A DNA stretch of 64,000 nt from assembly GCA_963727625.1 (NCBI GenBank), contig CAVSHR010000008.1, positions 320,001-384,000 of the forward strand, read 5' to 3'. The notes under the pieces are model-generated. The model was not told where the DNA came from. It made no database searches and saw only the letters and a list, made by a program, of their open reading frames with translations. The translations under genes were made by a program, and so were the position numbers. Positions 1-9,331 of this stretch are shown in pieces. The DNA comes from an uncultured delta proteobacterium. Lineage in GTDB: Bacteria; Desulfobacterota; Binatia; UBA9968. Positions within the stretch are counted from its first letter, which is position 1. Every line of letters begins with the position of its first letter.

Positions 1-732
1 CAGCCAATCACAGCCGAGATCGCGAATCTCGCCGCGCGACGTGAACTTTGGCAATTCCGCCAGTGCTCTCGTCAATATCGTTTGCTTGCGTTTGGCATCG
101 TGAGGCGGTCCGAAAGTCCGACCGACCGGATGGTCGACAAAGGCCGCGCGCGGCGGCGTGACCTTGCTCATGATGTCGCGCGCGGTGCCAATTACCAGTG
201 TCGGAACTTTATGCGCCTCGATTACGTGGGCGATGAGACCGACGGTCTCGTGACAGAAGGGTCAATAGGGGACGAGTAATGCGAGATCGACGCCGGCTTC
301 GATTAAATCGTTAGCGATGGCCGGGGCCAGCTCGGTTTCGATTTCTTTGGGTCGTTTAACGCCGCCCATGAACGAAAAATGCCAGGGAGACAGCGAGCCG
401 ACGATGCCTTCCTCTGCCAATGCGGCCAGTGCCGTGCGCGGAAAAACAATCTCCGGGTCCTGCCTCGGCACTATGCCGATGCCGGAATGATGGTCGATGA
501 CGAGCACGCCGGCGTTCGGATCCGACGGCACGCGGCGGTAACTCAGGTCTTCGCGCGGTATAAAAGGCGGATGGTCGGCGAGCCGAAGCGCGGCGCTGCT
601 CAGCAAAGCAACGCGCGACCGGCTGACGGGTTTGGTCACCGGGCACCAGGCCGCCTTCGACGGCGCCGCCAGCACGCGCGGCGGTTTCGGCGCCGAGTTC
701 TGCGCCATGATCGGCAGATATTCAACAGCCAT
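1..732 (-). CDS. PrdB/GrdB-like reductase selenoprotein B family protein, probable selenocysteine at in-frame TGA 262-264; 3' end runs off the window
   Basis: ORF from ATG 732 (MAVEYLP...RVALLSSAAL...HFSFMGG...GVDLALLVPY) hits TGA at 264-262. The same frame stays open to position 1: PFCHETVGLIAHVIEAHKVPTLVIGTARDIMSKVTPPRAAFVDHPVGRTFGPPHD... This gives a UxxC motif and the family-typical PPR/G..G.P.D tail. Confidence 0.85.
235..249 (-). promoter_or_regulatory. Candidate bacterial SECIS hairpin
   Basis: Minus-strand RNA GAGACC-GUC-GGUCUC. The stem starts 12 nt after the UGA and the apical loop starts with GU 18 nt after it. Confidence 0.65.
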
Positions 733-842
733 GGAGTATTTCCCACTCGTATTGCCACTACTACTCGACTCGCCGGCGCTAATCAACCGGAGCGGTGGTT
801 ACGAGTGAATTACGGGTTGGGTTGTGATAAGCATTTTCCCTC

Positions 843-1535
843 ATGGTCGACGTTGCCGGTAACTACCGAACGATTCTATCGCGGATCAATGAAGCGGCGG
901 ACAAAGTAGGGCGCGACGCAGGGGGAATCAAGCTTCTCGCGGCCGCCAAGTTGCAGAGCATCGAGCGGATTTGTGCGGCAGTTGCCGCCGGCGTGGCGCT
1001 GATCGGTGAGAATTACGTCCAGGAAGCCCAAGAAAAAAAATCACAGCTTGCCCAAACCGTCGAATGGCATATGATCGGCCACTTGCAGCGCAATAAAGTG
1101 AAGGCGGCGGCGGAGATCTTCGATGTGATCGAGTCGCTGGATAGCGTAGCCCTGGCACGGGCGCTGGACAAGGAAGGCGGCAAAAGCGGAAAGATCGTCC
1201 GAACCTTTGTCGAAGTGAACTTGGGCGGAGAGGAAAGCAAGAGCGGCATTCCAAAAGATCAGGTAAAAAGCGTGCTCGAAGAGATCGCAAAGCTGTCCCA
1301 CCTCTTTGTCCGAGGGCTGATGACTGTGCCGCCGTTTCGGGAAAATCCTGAAGAGGTGCGCGGTTTTTTTCGCGAGCTCGGCGAGTTGCGCGAGCAGCTT
1401 GGTGGTTTAAATTTACCAAACGTTGACTTGAAAGAGCTTTCCATGGGCATGACCCACGATTACCCGGTGGCGATCGAAGAGGGAGCGACCATCGTGCGCA
1501 TCGGCACGGCGCTCTTTGGTCCGAGGAATCAGTGA
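843..1535 (+). CDS. yggS: YggS family PLP homeostasis protein
   Basis: Motifs GENYVQE, WHMIGHLQRNK, GLMTVPP, LSMGMTHD and GATIVRIGTALFG. Confidence 0.95.
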   Translation: MVDVAGNYRTILSRINEAADKVGRDAGGIKLLAAAKLQSIERICAAVAAGVALIGENYVQEAQEKKSQLAQTVEWHMIGHLQRNKVKAAAEIFDVIESLDSVALARALDKEGGKSGKIVRTFVEVNLGGEESKSGIPKDQVKSVLEEIAKLSHLFVRGLMTVPPFRENPEEVRGFFRELGELREQLGGLNLPNVDLKELSMGMTHDYPVAIEEGATIVRIGTALFGPRNQ

Positions 1536-1539
1536 TCCG

Positions 1540-1839
1540 ATGTTTATTTTGTCCAACTTTCTTGTCGCCCTGGCGCAGGTTCTCGACTATGTCTTGTGGG
1601 CTTACTCCTGGGTCCTTCTTGGTCGAGTGATCATTTCCTGGGTGAACGCGGATTATCAGAATCCGATCGTCCGGTTTCTCTATGCGACCACCGAGCCGGT
1701 GCTGGCGCCGGTGCGCCAGCGTCTACCGCTGTTTGGCGGCGGCCTCGATTTATCGCCGTTTGTCGTATGGTTTGCGGTCCTCTTTCTGCAGCGTTTTTTG
1801 GTTCGCTCGCTCTATGAGTTGGCTTTTGCCTTGAGGTAA
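1540..1839 (+). CDS. yggT: YggT family membrane protein
   Basis: Hydrophobic protein with SWV..D..NPIVRFL...TEPVL.PVR..LP..GGLDLSP; ATG at 1540; follows yggS. Confidence 0.92.
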   Translation: MFILSNFLVALAQVLDYVLWAYSWVLLGRVIISWVNADYQNPIVRFLYATTEPVLAPVRQRLPLFGGGLDLSPFVVWFAVLFLQRFLVRSLYELAFALR

Positions 1840-1857
1840 CCGGCGGAGGGCGTTTCT

Positions 1858-2829
1858 ATGAAGTCTCTCTACGCTGCCGATATTCGCGAGAATCAGCTGT
1901 TGGACACGTTGTTTTTGGTCGCATCGAAGAATCACGGCGTGACCAAGGGCGGGAGAAGTTACTTGACGCTCAAATTGCTCGACCGCAGCGGCGAGATCGA
2001 GGGGCGGGTGTGGGAGCGGGCCGATGATTTGGGGCGTGGTTTCGAAAGAAACGATTTTGTCCGCGTGCGCGGCCAGGCGACGCTTTATCAGGGGAAGATC
2101 CAGATCCGTGTCCAGGATGTCATGCGCGTCGACGAAACAAAAATTGCCGCAGAGGATTTTTTGCCGAAAAGCACGGACGATCCCGAGACCATGCTCACTG
2201 AACTGCAAGCGATTCTTCGCGGCATCAAAAATCCGCATCTGCTGGCGCTCGCCGAGGCCTGCTTTGCCGACGAAGAGCTGATGCGACTCCTTAAACAGGC
2301 GCCCGGCGCCAAGACGATTCATCATCCTTATTTAAGCGGTCTCTTGGAACACACCCTGTCGCTGCTTAAGCTCATCCTCAAAGTCGTCGAGAACTACCGC
2401 GGCATCGACATCGATCTACTGCTGATCGGTGGTTTCCTGCACGACATCGGCAAGGTTTACGAGTTCTCTTTCGAGCGTGCCATCGATTACACGGACGAGG
2501 GACAGCTATTGGGCCACCTGGTCATGGAAGTGGAGTTGGTCGGCAAGAAGATTGCCGCCATCGCCGATTTTCCGGCGGACCTGGCGCTGCTGGTGAAGCA
2601 TTTGCTGGTGAGCCATCACGGCGCCTACGAATTCGGCTCGCCGAAGTTGCCGCAGACGCTCGAAGCCGTTATTCTGCATTCCCTGGACGACCTCGACGGT
2701 AAAATTCAGGCGATTCAAAATCTGCCGGAAAAAGAGCCGGGTTCGAAGTGGACGGCGTTTCATCGCGCCTATGGGCGCAGTTTTTTTAAAGCTAATTCAC
2801 AACGCGACGAGAACGGCGGCGACGTTTGA
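1858..2829 (+). CDS. yhaM: YhaM-like 3'-5' exoribonuclease (OB fold plus HD domain)
   Basis: N-terminal YLTLKLLDRSGEIEGRVW OB fold; HH.YLSGLLEH, LHDIGK and SHHG..EFGSP motifs. Confidence 0.88.
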   Translation: MKSLYAADIRENQLLDTLFLVASKNHGVTKGGRSYLTLKLLDRSGEIEGRVWERADDLGRGFERNDFVRVRGQATLYQGKIQIRVQDVMRVDETKIAAEDFLPKSTDDPETMLTELQAILRGIKNPHLLALAEACFADEELMRLLKQAPGAKTIHHPYLSGLLEHTLSLLKLILKVVENYRGIDIDLLLIGGFLHDIGKVYEFSFERAIDYTDEGQLLGHLVMEVELVGKKIAAIADFPADLALLVKHLLVSHHGAYEFGSPKLPQTLEAVILHSLDDLDGKIQAIQNLPEKEPGSKWTAFHRAYGRSFFKANSQRDENGGDV

Positions 2830-2862
2830 GGCGTGTCGTTCGCGTCAAGGGAGGAATGAGCC

Positions 2863-4281
2863 GTGAAAAATTTTATCGCGGGAAAATGGATCGATAAGAC
2901 AAAAAAAATCGAAGTGCGAAACCCGTTCGACAACTCGATTATTGATACCGTGCCCAAGGCCGACGGTGCCGACTTGGAGCAGGCGCTGGTTTTCGCCGAG
3001 CGCGGCGCCAAGGTGATGGCCAAGCTGTCGAGCTACGAACGCTGGAAGATCTTGCGCAAGGCCGCCGATCTGATGGCGGCACGCAATGATGAGTTGGGCC
3101 AGGTGATTTCCAAGGAAGAGGGAAAGATCATCGCCGAGGGACGGGGCGAAGCGAGCCGGGCAGTGGAAACCATGATGGGCTCGGCGGAGGAGGCCAAACG
3201 AATCCACGGCGAGACGGTGCCGCTGGATGCGGACCCCACCGGCAGTAAAAAATTTGGCTTTACCCTGCGCATCCCATGCGGCGTCGTGGCGGCGATTGCG
3301 CCGTTTAACTTTCCACTCAACTTAGTTTGCCACAAGGTCGGCCCGGCGCTGGCGGCCGGCAATACCGTCATTATTAAACCGGCTTCCGACACGCCGCTGT
3401 CGGCGCTCAAGCTGACAGAGATTCTACTGGAATCGGGTTTGCCGCCGGAGGGCATTCAATGCATCACCGGCTCCGGCGGTGAGATCGGCGACGCCCTGGT
3501 CGCCGACCGGCGCGTGCGCAAGGTAACGTTTACCGGCAGCCGCGAGGTCGGCGACCGCATTTGCCGCTCTGCCGGTATTAAAAAGGTTACCATGGAACTC
3601 GGCTCCAATAGTCCGGTGATCATCATGCCGGACGCCGACCTGGAGAAAGTGGCCGCGGTGGTGGCGATGACCGGCTACGGAAATGCCGGTCAGACCTGCA
3701 TCTCGACGCAGCGGGTGCTGACGGCGAAAAAAGCTTACGGCGATTTTCTCAATCTACTAAAACCCAAAGTCGAAGCGCTGACCACCGGCAATCAGCTCGA
3801 CGAAAAATCCAAAGTCGGACCGATGGTGAAGGAGAGCGAAGCGGTGCGGGTCGACGATTGGGTCAATGAAGCGGTGGGTGGTGGCGCGCGGTTGGTGGCG
3901 GGCGGCGGCCGGCGCGGCTCGATTTATTTGCCCGCGGTCGTGGCGGACGTGCATCCCGACATGCGTATCTCGCGCGATGAGCTCTTCGGCCCGGCGGTGG
4001 CGGTGACACCGTTTGATTCAATCGAAGAAGCGATCGCCCTGGCGAACGATAGCGTCTACGGTTTGGCCGCGGGTATTTTCACCGAGAAGGTCGAATGGGC
4101 GATGAAGTTCGCGCGCGAAGCCGAAGCCGGCAACCTGCATGTCAATTGGGGCTCGCAGTGGCGCGTCGATCTGATGCCTTACGGCGGCTTGAAAGACTCG
4201 GGCTTCGGCAAAGAGGGGCCCAGATATGCCGTCCAAGAAATGACCGAATTGAAAATGGTCGTTTTCCATTTGAATAGTTGA
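2863..4281 (+). CDS. Aldehyde dehydrogenase family protein
   Basis: Motifs PFNFPL, KPA..TP, FTGS, ELGSNSP, catalytic GQTCIS, ELFGP and PYGGLKDSG. Confidence 0.93.
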   Translation: MKNFIAGKWIDKTKKIEVRNPFDNSIIDTVPKADGADLEQALVFAERGAKVMAKLSSYERWKILRKAADLMAARNDELGQVISKEEGKIIAEGRGEASRAVETMMGSAEEAKRIHGETVPLDADPTGSKKFGFTLRIPCGVVAAIAPFNFPLNLVCHKVGPALAAGNTVIIKPASDTPLSALKLTEILLESGLPPEGIQCITGSGGEIGDALVADRRVRKVTFTGSREVGDRICRSAGIKKVTMELGSNSPVIIMPDADLEKVAAVVAMTGYGNAGQTCISTQRVLTAKKAYGDFLNLLKPKVEALTTGNQLDEKSKVGPMVKESEAVRVDDWVNEAVGGGARLVAGGGRRGSIYLPAVVADVHPDMRISRDELFGPAVAVTPFDSIEEAIALANDSVYGLAAGIFTEKVEWAMKFAREAEAGNLHVNWGSQWRVDLMPYGGLKDSGFGKEGPRYAVQEMTELKMVVFHLNS

Positions 4282-4349
4282 GAGGCAACGGGCAAAGGTC
4301 TGGAAAAACGGAAAACAACACTGGGACGAGGCATAGATTGGATGGTTGA

Positions 4350-5090
4350 ATGAGATCTGATGGGCGAAAACCAAAGCAACTTAGACCGGTGACAATTGCG
4401 CCTGGCTACATCAAGACTGCCGATGGTTCGGTGTTGATCGAAATGGGCGGCACCCGGGTTATCTGCACGGCCAAGTTGGAGGAGCGTGTCCCGCCGTTTT
4501 TGCGCAACAGCGGCAAGGGCTGGATCACGGCGGAATATGGCATGCTGCCAGGCTCCTCCGGGACGCGTATCGGCCGCGAGTCGTCGCGCGGTAGGGTCGG
4601 CGGCAGGACTCACGAAATCCAGCGGCTGATCGGCCGCAGCCTGCGCACCGTCGCCGATTTGCACAGCCTCGGGGAAAAAACTATTTGGATCGACTGCGAC
4701 GTGATTCAGGCCGACGGTGGCACGCGCACCGCGTCGATCACCGGCGCCTACGTGGCCTTGGCCGAGGCGGTGCGCAGGTGGCTCGCGCGCGGGATCATCG
4801 GTATCGATCCGATCAAAGACGCCGTCGCCGCGGTGAGCATCGGCATTATCGAAGGCAAGATTCTCCTGGATCTGTGTTATGAGGAGGACAGCAACGCCGA
4901 CGTCGATATGAATTTCGTCATGACCGGCTCGGGAAAATTCATCGAGGTGCAAGGCACGGCGGAAGCTTCGCCGTTTACCAAGAAGCAGATGGAGCGGATG
5001 GCGGACATCGCCCAGCAGGGGATCAAAGAGTTGCTCAAGGCTCAAAAAAAAGCAATTGCCTCTCTCGCGGGATCCAGCACTCCGACGTGA
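4350..5090 (+). CDS. rph: Ribonuclease PH
   Basis: Motifs [39 protein letters not shown] and EVQGTAE. Confidence 0.97.
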   Translation: MRSDGRKPKQLRPVTIAPGYIKTADGSVLIEMGGTRVICTAKLEERVPPFLRNSGKGWITAEYGMLPGSSGTRIGRESSRGRVGGRTHEIQRLIGRSLRTVADLHSLGEKTIWIDCDVIQADGGTRTASITGAYVALAEAVRRWLARGIIGIDPIKDAVAAVSIGIIEGKILLDLCYEEDSNADVDMNFVMTGSGKFIEVQGTAEASPFTKKQMERMADIAQQGIKELLKAQKKAIASLAGSSTPT

Positions 5091-5707
5091 TCGATCTTTT
5101 AGTGGCCACAACCAACCCGGGAAAGTTTGCCGAAGTACAAGCGTTCCTGAACGATCTCCCGTTACGGATCATCTCCCTCAAGAACATCGTCAATCCGCCG
5201 CCGGTCATCGAAGACGGCAGGACTTTCGAGGAGAACGCGCTCAAAAAGGCGCGCACTTTGGCCGAATTTTCGGGGCTGATCACCTTGGCGGACGATTCCG
5301 GGCTAGAAGTCGACGCATTGAACGGTGCGCCGGGAATTTACTCAGCCCGTTACGCTGGCCAGGAGGGCGATGACCAGCGGAACAACGATAAGCTGCTGCG
5401 GGAATTAGAAAATGTTCCGGAGGAACAACGGGCGGCGCGCTTCGTCTGCGCCTTGGCGATCTACGCCCCTGCTTCCGACCCCGCCCGGTCATGGACGGCG
5501 CGGAAGTCCTGCGAGGGTCGGATCGCTTTCGCAGCCAAAGGCGCGAACGGCTTCGGCTACGATTCGCTGTTTTTCTATCCGCCGTTGGGCAAAACCTTTG
5601 GCGAGATCGATCATGCAACCAAGGCGACGGCGAGCCATCGCGGCAAGGCGCTAAAAAAATTCGCCGAGATTCTCCCGTCGCTGATTGATTTGGTCGCAAA
5701 ACCTTGA
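5087..5707 (+). CDS. rdgB: RdgB/HAM1 non-canonical purine NTP pyrophosphatase
   Basis: Motifs [33 protein letters not shown] and SHRGKA; overlaps the rph stop. Confidence 0.95.
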   Translation: MIDLLVATTNPGKFAEVQAFLNDLPLRIISLKNIVNPPPVIEDGRTFEENALKKARTLAEFSGLITLADDSGLEVDALNGAPGIYSARYAGQEGDDQRNNDKLLRELENVPEEQRAARFVCALAIYAPASDPARSWTARKSCEGRIAFAAKGANGFGYDSLFFYPPLGKTFGEIDHATKATASHRGKALKKFAEILPSLIDLVAKP

Positions 5708-5731
5708 TTTCACGCGCTTGCTGTGTAGAAT
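5704..5731 (+). promoter_or_regulatory. Putative sigma70 promoter for the tRNA cluster
   Basis: TTGATT-16 nt-TAGAAT, ending 17 nt upstream of tRNA-Pro. Confidence 0.5.
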
Positions 5732-5748
5732 GACCGCTGGTCAATTGA

Positions 5749-5825
5749 CGGGGCGTAGCGCAGCCTGGTAGCGCACCTGCCTTGGGCGCAGGGGGTCGGA
5801 AGTTCGAATCTTCTCGCCCCGACCA
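5749..5825 (+). tRNA. tRNA-Pro(TGG)
   Basis: Cloverleaf; anticodon arm CCTGC-CT-TGG-GC-GCAGG; TTCGAAT; CCA encoded. Confidence 0.95.
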
Positions 5826-5842
5826 TTCAGCAGTATGGAGTT

Positions 5843-5906
5843 ATGAGTGCTGAGTGCTGAGCAATGCGGAACGAAAGAAGTTTGCCGCTCAGTCCTCAGC
5901 ACTTAT
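5843..5906. repeat. Heptamer-based inverted repeat (TGAGTGC)n / (CTCAGCA)n
   Basis: 5843-5862 ATGAGTGCTGAGTGCTGAGC is the 17/20 reverse complement of 5887-5906. Confidence 0.8.
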
Positions 5907-5920
5907 TGCTCTAGGTCGTG

Positions 5921-5997
5921 GCGCCAGTAGCTCAGGTGGATAGAGCAACGGCCTTCTAAGCCGTAGGTCAGGGGTTCGAATCCCTTCTGGCGCGCCA
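5921..5997 (+). tRNA. tRNA-Arg(TCT)
   Basis: Anticodon arm ACGGC-CT-TCT-AA-GCCGT; CCA encoded. Confidence 0.95.
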
Positions 5998-6018
5998 GCT
6001 TGGGGTTTCGGTTTTTGC

Positions 6019-6095
6019 GGTGAGTGTAGCTCAACGGTTAGAGCACTGGACTGTGGCTCCAGGGGTTGAGGGTTCAAATCCCTTCACTCACCCCA
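6019..6095 (+). tRNA. tRNA-His(GTG)
   Basis: G-1:C73 pair, anticodon GTG, CCA encoded. Confidence 0.95.
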
Positions 6096-6107
6096 GTTGA
6101 AAACAAA

Positions 6108-6160
6108 AAGGATGAAGGATAAGAGATGAAGTTCCTAATTATCCTTTCGTCTTTATCCTT
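6108..6160. repeat. Heptamer-based imperfect inverted repeat (AAGGATG-like / TTATCCT-like)
   Basis: AAGGATGAAGGATAAGAGATGAA versus TTATCCTTTCGTCTTTATCCTT, between tRNA-His and tRNA-Lys. Confidence 0.65.
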
Positions 6161-6171
6161 CTCATTGTGTT

Positions 6172-6247
<76 letters not shown>

Positions 6248-6401
6248 TTTTTTTCCTTCCTGGGTGGTTCTTCCCCATCTCTCCGCGCACACGCTGTCGC
6301 GACCGTCAATGTTTGTTGTTAAGCGAATCGGCTGGTGCCATAATCGCTCCGGATAAGGCAAAACTCGATCGTTAGCCGCGTTCGGCGCAAGGAGCTGACA
6401 G

Positions 6402-6926
6402 ATGGCCGCAGAGGCGGGTCTCGTGTACACGATGTTGGTGGAAGTTTATCTCGAGGCGGCCGTCGTGCGCGGCGTTCTGGAAACCAATCAAGATCGGCTG
6501 AGCAGCTATTTAGCTGTCCGGCAGGGAGAAGAAGTATTCGCATTGAAAGAAGCGATACTGCAAGTCCCGGGTCGCGAGCCGGTGTCGGCCGGTTCCCACG
6601 AATATCTACTCTACATGCAGGAAGTATTGCTCATCGCCGACTTGAGCACCGAAGACCCGGCACGCCGCGCTGCTTTGCCGGGCTTGTTTGTTAAAAAAGA
6701 GAAAAGCAAAGCCTTACTTAGCGTCGGTTCATACCTTCTGCAGGGTAACCTACATTTGCAGGCTGGCAGTCCGTTGCAAGAATTTCTGATGGAAAACAGC
6801 CGCTTTCTTCCAGTCACCGAGGCAACGTTGGCGGATCGACCGGATATCGGACCACGCACCTATCTGGTCAACCGCGCCAAGATCGGCTTTCTATCAGCTC
6901 TGGGACAAGATTTGGTCGAATTTTAA
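6402..6926 (+). CDS. Hypothetical protein with two similar halves (DUF6812-like)
   Basis: AGGAG Shine-Dalgarno upstream. C-half LQGNLH...FLPVTEATL...YLVNR and N-half VRGVL...RLSSYL...FALKEA resemble each other. Family call is from memory. Confidence 0.7.
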   Translation: MAAEAGLVYTMLVEVYLEAAVVRGVLETNQDRLSSYLAVRQGEEVFALKEAILQVPGREPVSAGSHEYLLYMQEVLLIADLSTEDPARRAALPGLFVKKEKSKALLSVGSYLLQGNLHLQAGSPLQEFLMENSRFLPVTEATLADRPDIGPRTYLVNRAKIGFLSALGQDLVEF

Positions 6927-6935
6927 AGGGTCGCA

Positions 6936-7259
6936 ATGGCAAGATCGAACCCAACGGAAATTAACCATATTAAATCGCGCAATGTTGTGCGCATAACCTG
7001 GGACGACGGCCACGCTGGCGAGTATGAGGAAATATTCCTGCGCGGCTACTGCCCCTGCGCACTTTGTCAGGGGCACGGAGCGCAGCGCCGTTTCGTCGAC
7101 GTACCGGATGCCAAATTGGTGGCAATTCGTCCGGTGGGCAACTATGCCATCGAGATCGGGTGGGATGACGGCCACAGCACCGGAATTTATACTTTCGACT
7201 ATTTGCGCTCTCTATGCCCCTGCAGCGAGTGTAAGGCGACGACAAGCGACAGTACATAA
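6936..7259 (+). CDS. DUF971 / GBBH-like N-terminal domain protein
   Basis: ITWDDGH, LRGYCPCALC and PVGNYAI.I.WDDGHSTGIYTFDYLR. Confidence 0.88.
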   Translation: MARSNPTEINHIKSRNVVRITWDDGHAGEYEEIFLRGYCPCALCQGHGAQRRFVDVPDAKLVAIRPVGNYAIEIGWDDGHSTGIYTFDYLRSLCPCSECKATTSDST

Positions 7260-7664
7260 ATGCCGCGAACGACGATCGGCGCTCACCCATTCTCAAGAAT
7301 TTCCCCGGCCTCATGATGCGAAGTCCGCTGATGTACGCTTCGGCGACAGTTCTAGCCGAAGAGACAAGAGCTCGCGCATGGGAAGTTCCAGGAATCTTCT
7401 GCCTTTCCACGGCCAAGCGTTGATTTCCCTTTTGAAACAGACAACGGCGAGCGACGGTCAAGGTTACTCTTTGACAAGGTCGCGACGGGTATTTCTTCTG
7501 AAGATGAGGCGCGCCGGGTCGACCCGGATGGCTTGAGTTTAGTCAATCCGAACACACCTTAGGATTATCAATCGGCGCTGACACTTTGGAGCGCCCGGGC
7601 ACAGTGATGGCAAATTTGAGTAGGCTGCGGCTTTGGCGGCGCAAAAATTCGCTCCGGACGGTGC

Positions 7665-7693
7665 TTGACATACCGGTGGGTTATTTTTACTCT
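7665..7693 (+). promoter_or_regulatory. Putative sigma70 promoter for tRNA-Leu/tig
   Basis: TTGACA-17 nt-TACTCT. Confidence 0.55.
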
Positions 7694-7745
7694 GCACTTC
7701 GAGTTGAAAAGGACTTCAGGAAATTTTGTTGCGAGCCCGCGGTGC

Positions 7746-7828
7746 GCGAGAGTGGCGGAACTGGCAGACGCACTAGACTTAGGATCTAGCGGGCAACCGT
7801 GGGGGTTCGAGTCCCCCCTCTCGCACCA
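7746..7828 (+). tRNA. tRNA-Leu(TAG)
   Basis: Anticodon arm CTAGA-CT-TAG-GA-TCTAG, variable arm, CCA encoded; usual position upstream of tig. Confidence 0.95.
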
Positions 7829-7972
7829 TTGGAAAAAATTTCCAACCGAGCACATTCACAGAAAGGTCAATGTTTAGGGCTTTGGCCGCTTGTTGCAACG
7901 AGAGTGCAAGGCGAACCGTCCCGTCCTCGAACCCACAAGCCAAAGTGCCTGCGGAACATAATAGTAGTGAAC

Positions 7973-9298
7973 ATGAAAATCGACATCGATGAGCTAAGTC
8001 CGGTGCAGCGCAAGGTTCGCGTCGAGCTTCCGGTGGAAACGGTCAGCGGTGAATTCGCACGCGCCTACAAAAACCTGGGCCAGCGCGTCCGCGTCAAAGG
8101 GTTTCGCACCGGTAAAATCCCCAAGCACGTGTTACAGGGGATCTACGGCGACGAGGTGAAAGGCGAAGTTCGGTCGCACTTGGTAGATGAATCGTTAGGC
8201 GAAGCAATCCGCGAAAACGGATTGCAAATCGTGTCGCGGCCGGAGGTCGAAGCCAACGATCTCAGCGAAAACAGCGCGTTTTCGTTCTCCGCCGTGTTCG
8301 AAGTCAAACCCGAAATCGTCGTCAACGATTATCTTGGCATCCAAGTCGAAAAGGTCAAAGTTTCCATCTCCGATGAGCAAGTTGAGGAGGCGCTGAGGCG
8401 GCTGCAAGAGGGGCATGCTCGTCTTGAGCTGGTGGCGGACCGCGATGCCGTGCAAAAATGCGATTTTATCACGCTCGATTTCGAAGGCACGATAGATGGC
8501 AAACCCTTTGCCGGCGGTAAGGGGGAAAATTACACCCTCGAGGTCGGCGGTGGCCACGCCCTGCCGCAATTTGAAGACGCGGTGGTCGGATTGAAAGTGA
8601 ACGAGCAGGAAAACGTTCGGGTGAATTATCCAGAGAATTATCCCAACAAGGAAATTGCCGGCAAAGCGGTCAACTTTTCTCTGGTCGTGCGGGAAATCAA
8701 ACAAAAAATATTGCCTATTCTCGATGATGAATTTGCCAAAGACCATGGCGAATGCGCCTCCCTGGAAGAATTGAAAGGGCGCATTCGGGGACGGCTGGCG
8801 GAAGAGCTGAAACGATACCAGGACGATGAGCTTAAGGAAAAGATCATAAGTCTGCTGATCGAAGCGCACTCGTTTGCGATCCCGCCTTCTATGGTCGAGC
8901 GGCAAACCAGGTATTTGATGGAGCGATACCAGAATCAAGTCGCAACACAGGGCGGCGCTGAAGGCGGCGATACGCCGCCGATGGAAGAGGCGCGGAAAAA
9001 CCTTGAAGCGCGCGCCACGCGCCAGGTGCAGGCGACACTTTTGGTGGAACGCATCGCGCAACTCGAAAAGATCGAGATCGCCGACAAAGAAGTTCAGGAG
9101 CGAATCGATAACTTGGCGCGGGCGGCCGGCGACCGTGCCAAGACCTTACGGGATGTCTATTCACGGCCGGATACTCGGGAGGATCTGCGTGCCCAAATGG
9201 TGTTTGATCGAACCGTCGAATTTTTGCTGGAGCGCGCGAAGATCAAGGATGTCGATTTGCCGCCCTCCAAGGTTGATGAGCAGGCCGAAAAAAGTTAG
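7973..9298 (+). CDS. tig: Trigger factor
   Basis: GFRTGKIP ribosome-binding motif and FKBP-type domain. ATG 7973 chosen because the longer ORF overlaps tRNA-Leu. Confidence 0.95.
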   Translation: MKIDIDELSPVQRKVRVELPVETVSGEFARAYKNLGQRVRVKGFRTGKIPKHVLQGIYGDEVKGEVRSHLVDESLGEAIRENGLQIVSRPEVEANDLSENSAFSFSAVFEVKPEIVVNDYLGIQVEKVKVSISDEQVEEALRRLQEGHARLELVADRDAVQKCDFITLDFEGTIDGKPFAGGKGENYTLEVGGGHALPQFEDAVVGLKVNEQENVRVNYPENYPNKEIAGKAVNFSLVVREIKQKILPILDDEFAKDHGECASLEELKGRIRGRLAEELKRYQDDELKEKIISLLIEAHSFAIPPSMVERQTRYLMERYQNQVATQGGAEGGDTPPMEEARKNLEARATRQVQATLLVERIAQLEKIEIADKEVQERIDNLARAAGDRAKTLRDVYSRPDTREDLRAQMVFDRTVEFLLERAKIKDVDLPPSKVDEQAEKS

Positions 9299-9331
9299 AA
9301 TGCTTTTCGTGTTCGAGGTGTTTAACGCTAT

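Noticed and set aside
262-264. TGA as evidence of genome-wide UGA reassignment or of a pseudogene
   Set aside because: Many conserved genes here end properly at TGA (rph, fusA, rpsE, rpsK) and tRNA-Trp has the normal CCA anticodon. The UxxC context and SECIS-like hairpin fit selenocysteine better.
7799-7972. N-terminal extension of trigger factor
   Set aside because: It overlaps tRNA-Leu, and homology begins at ATG 7973.
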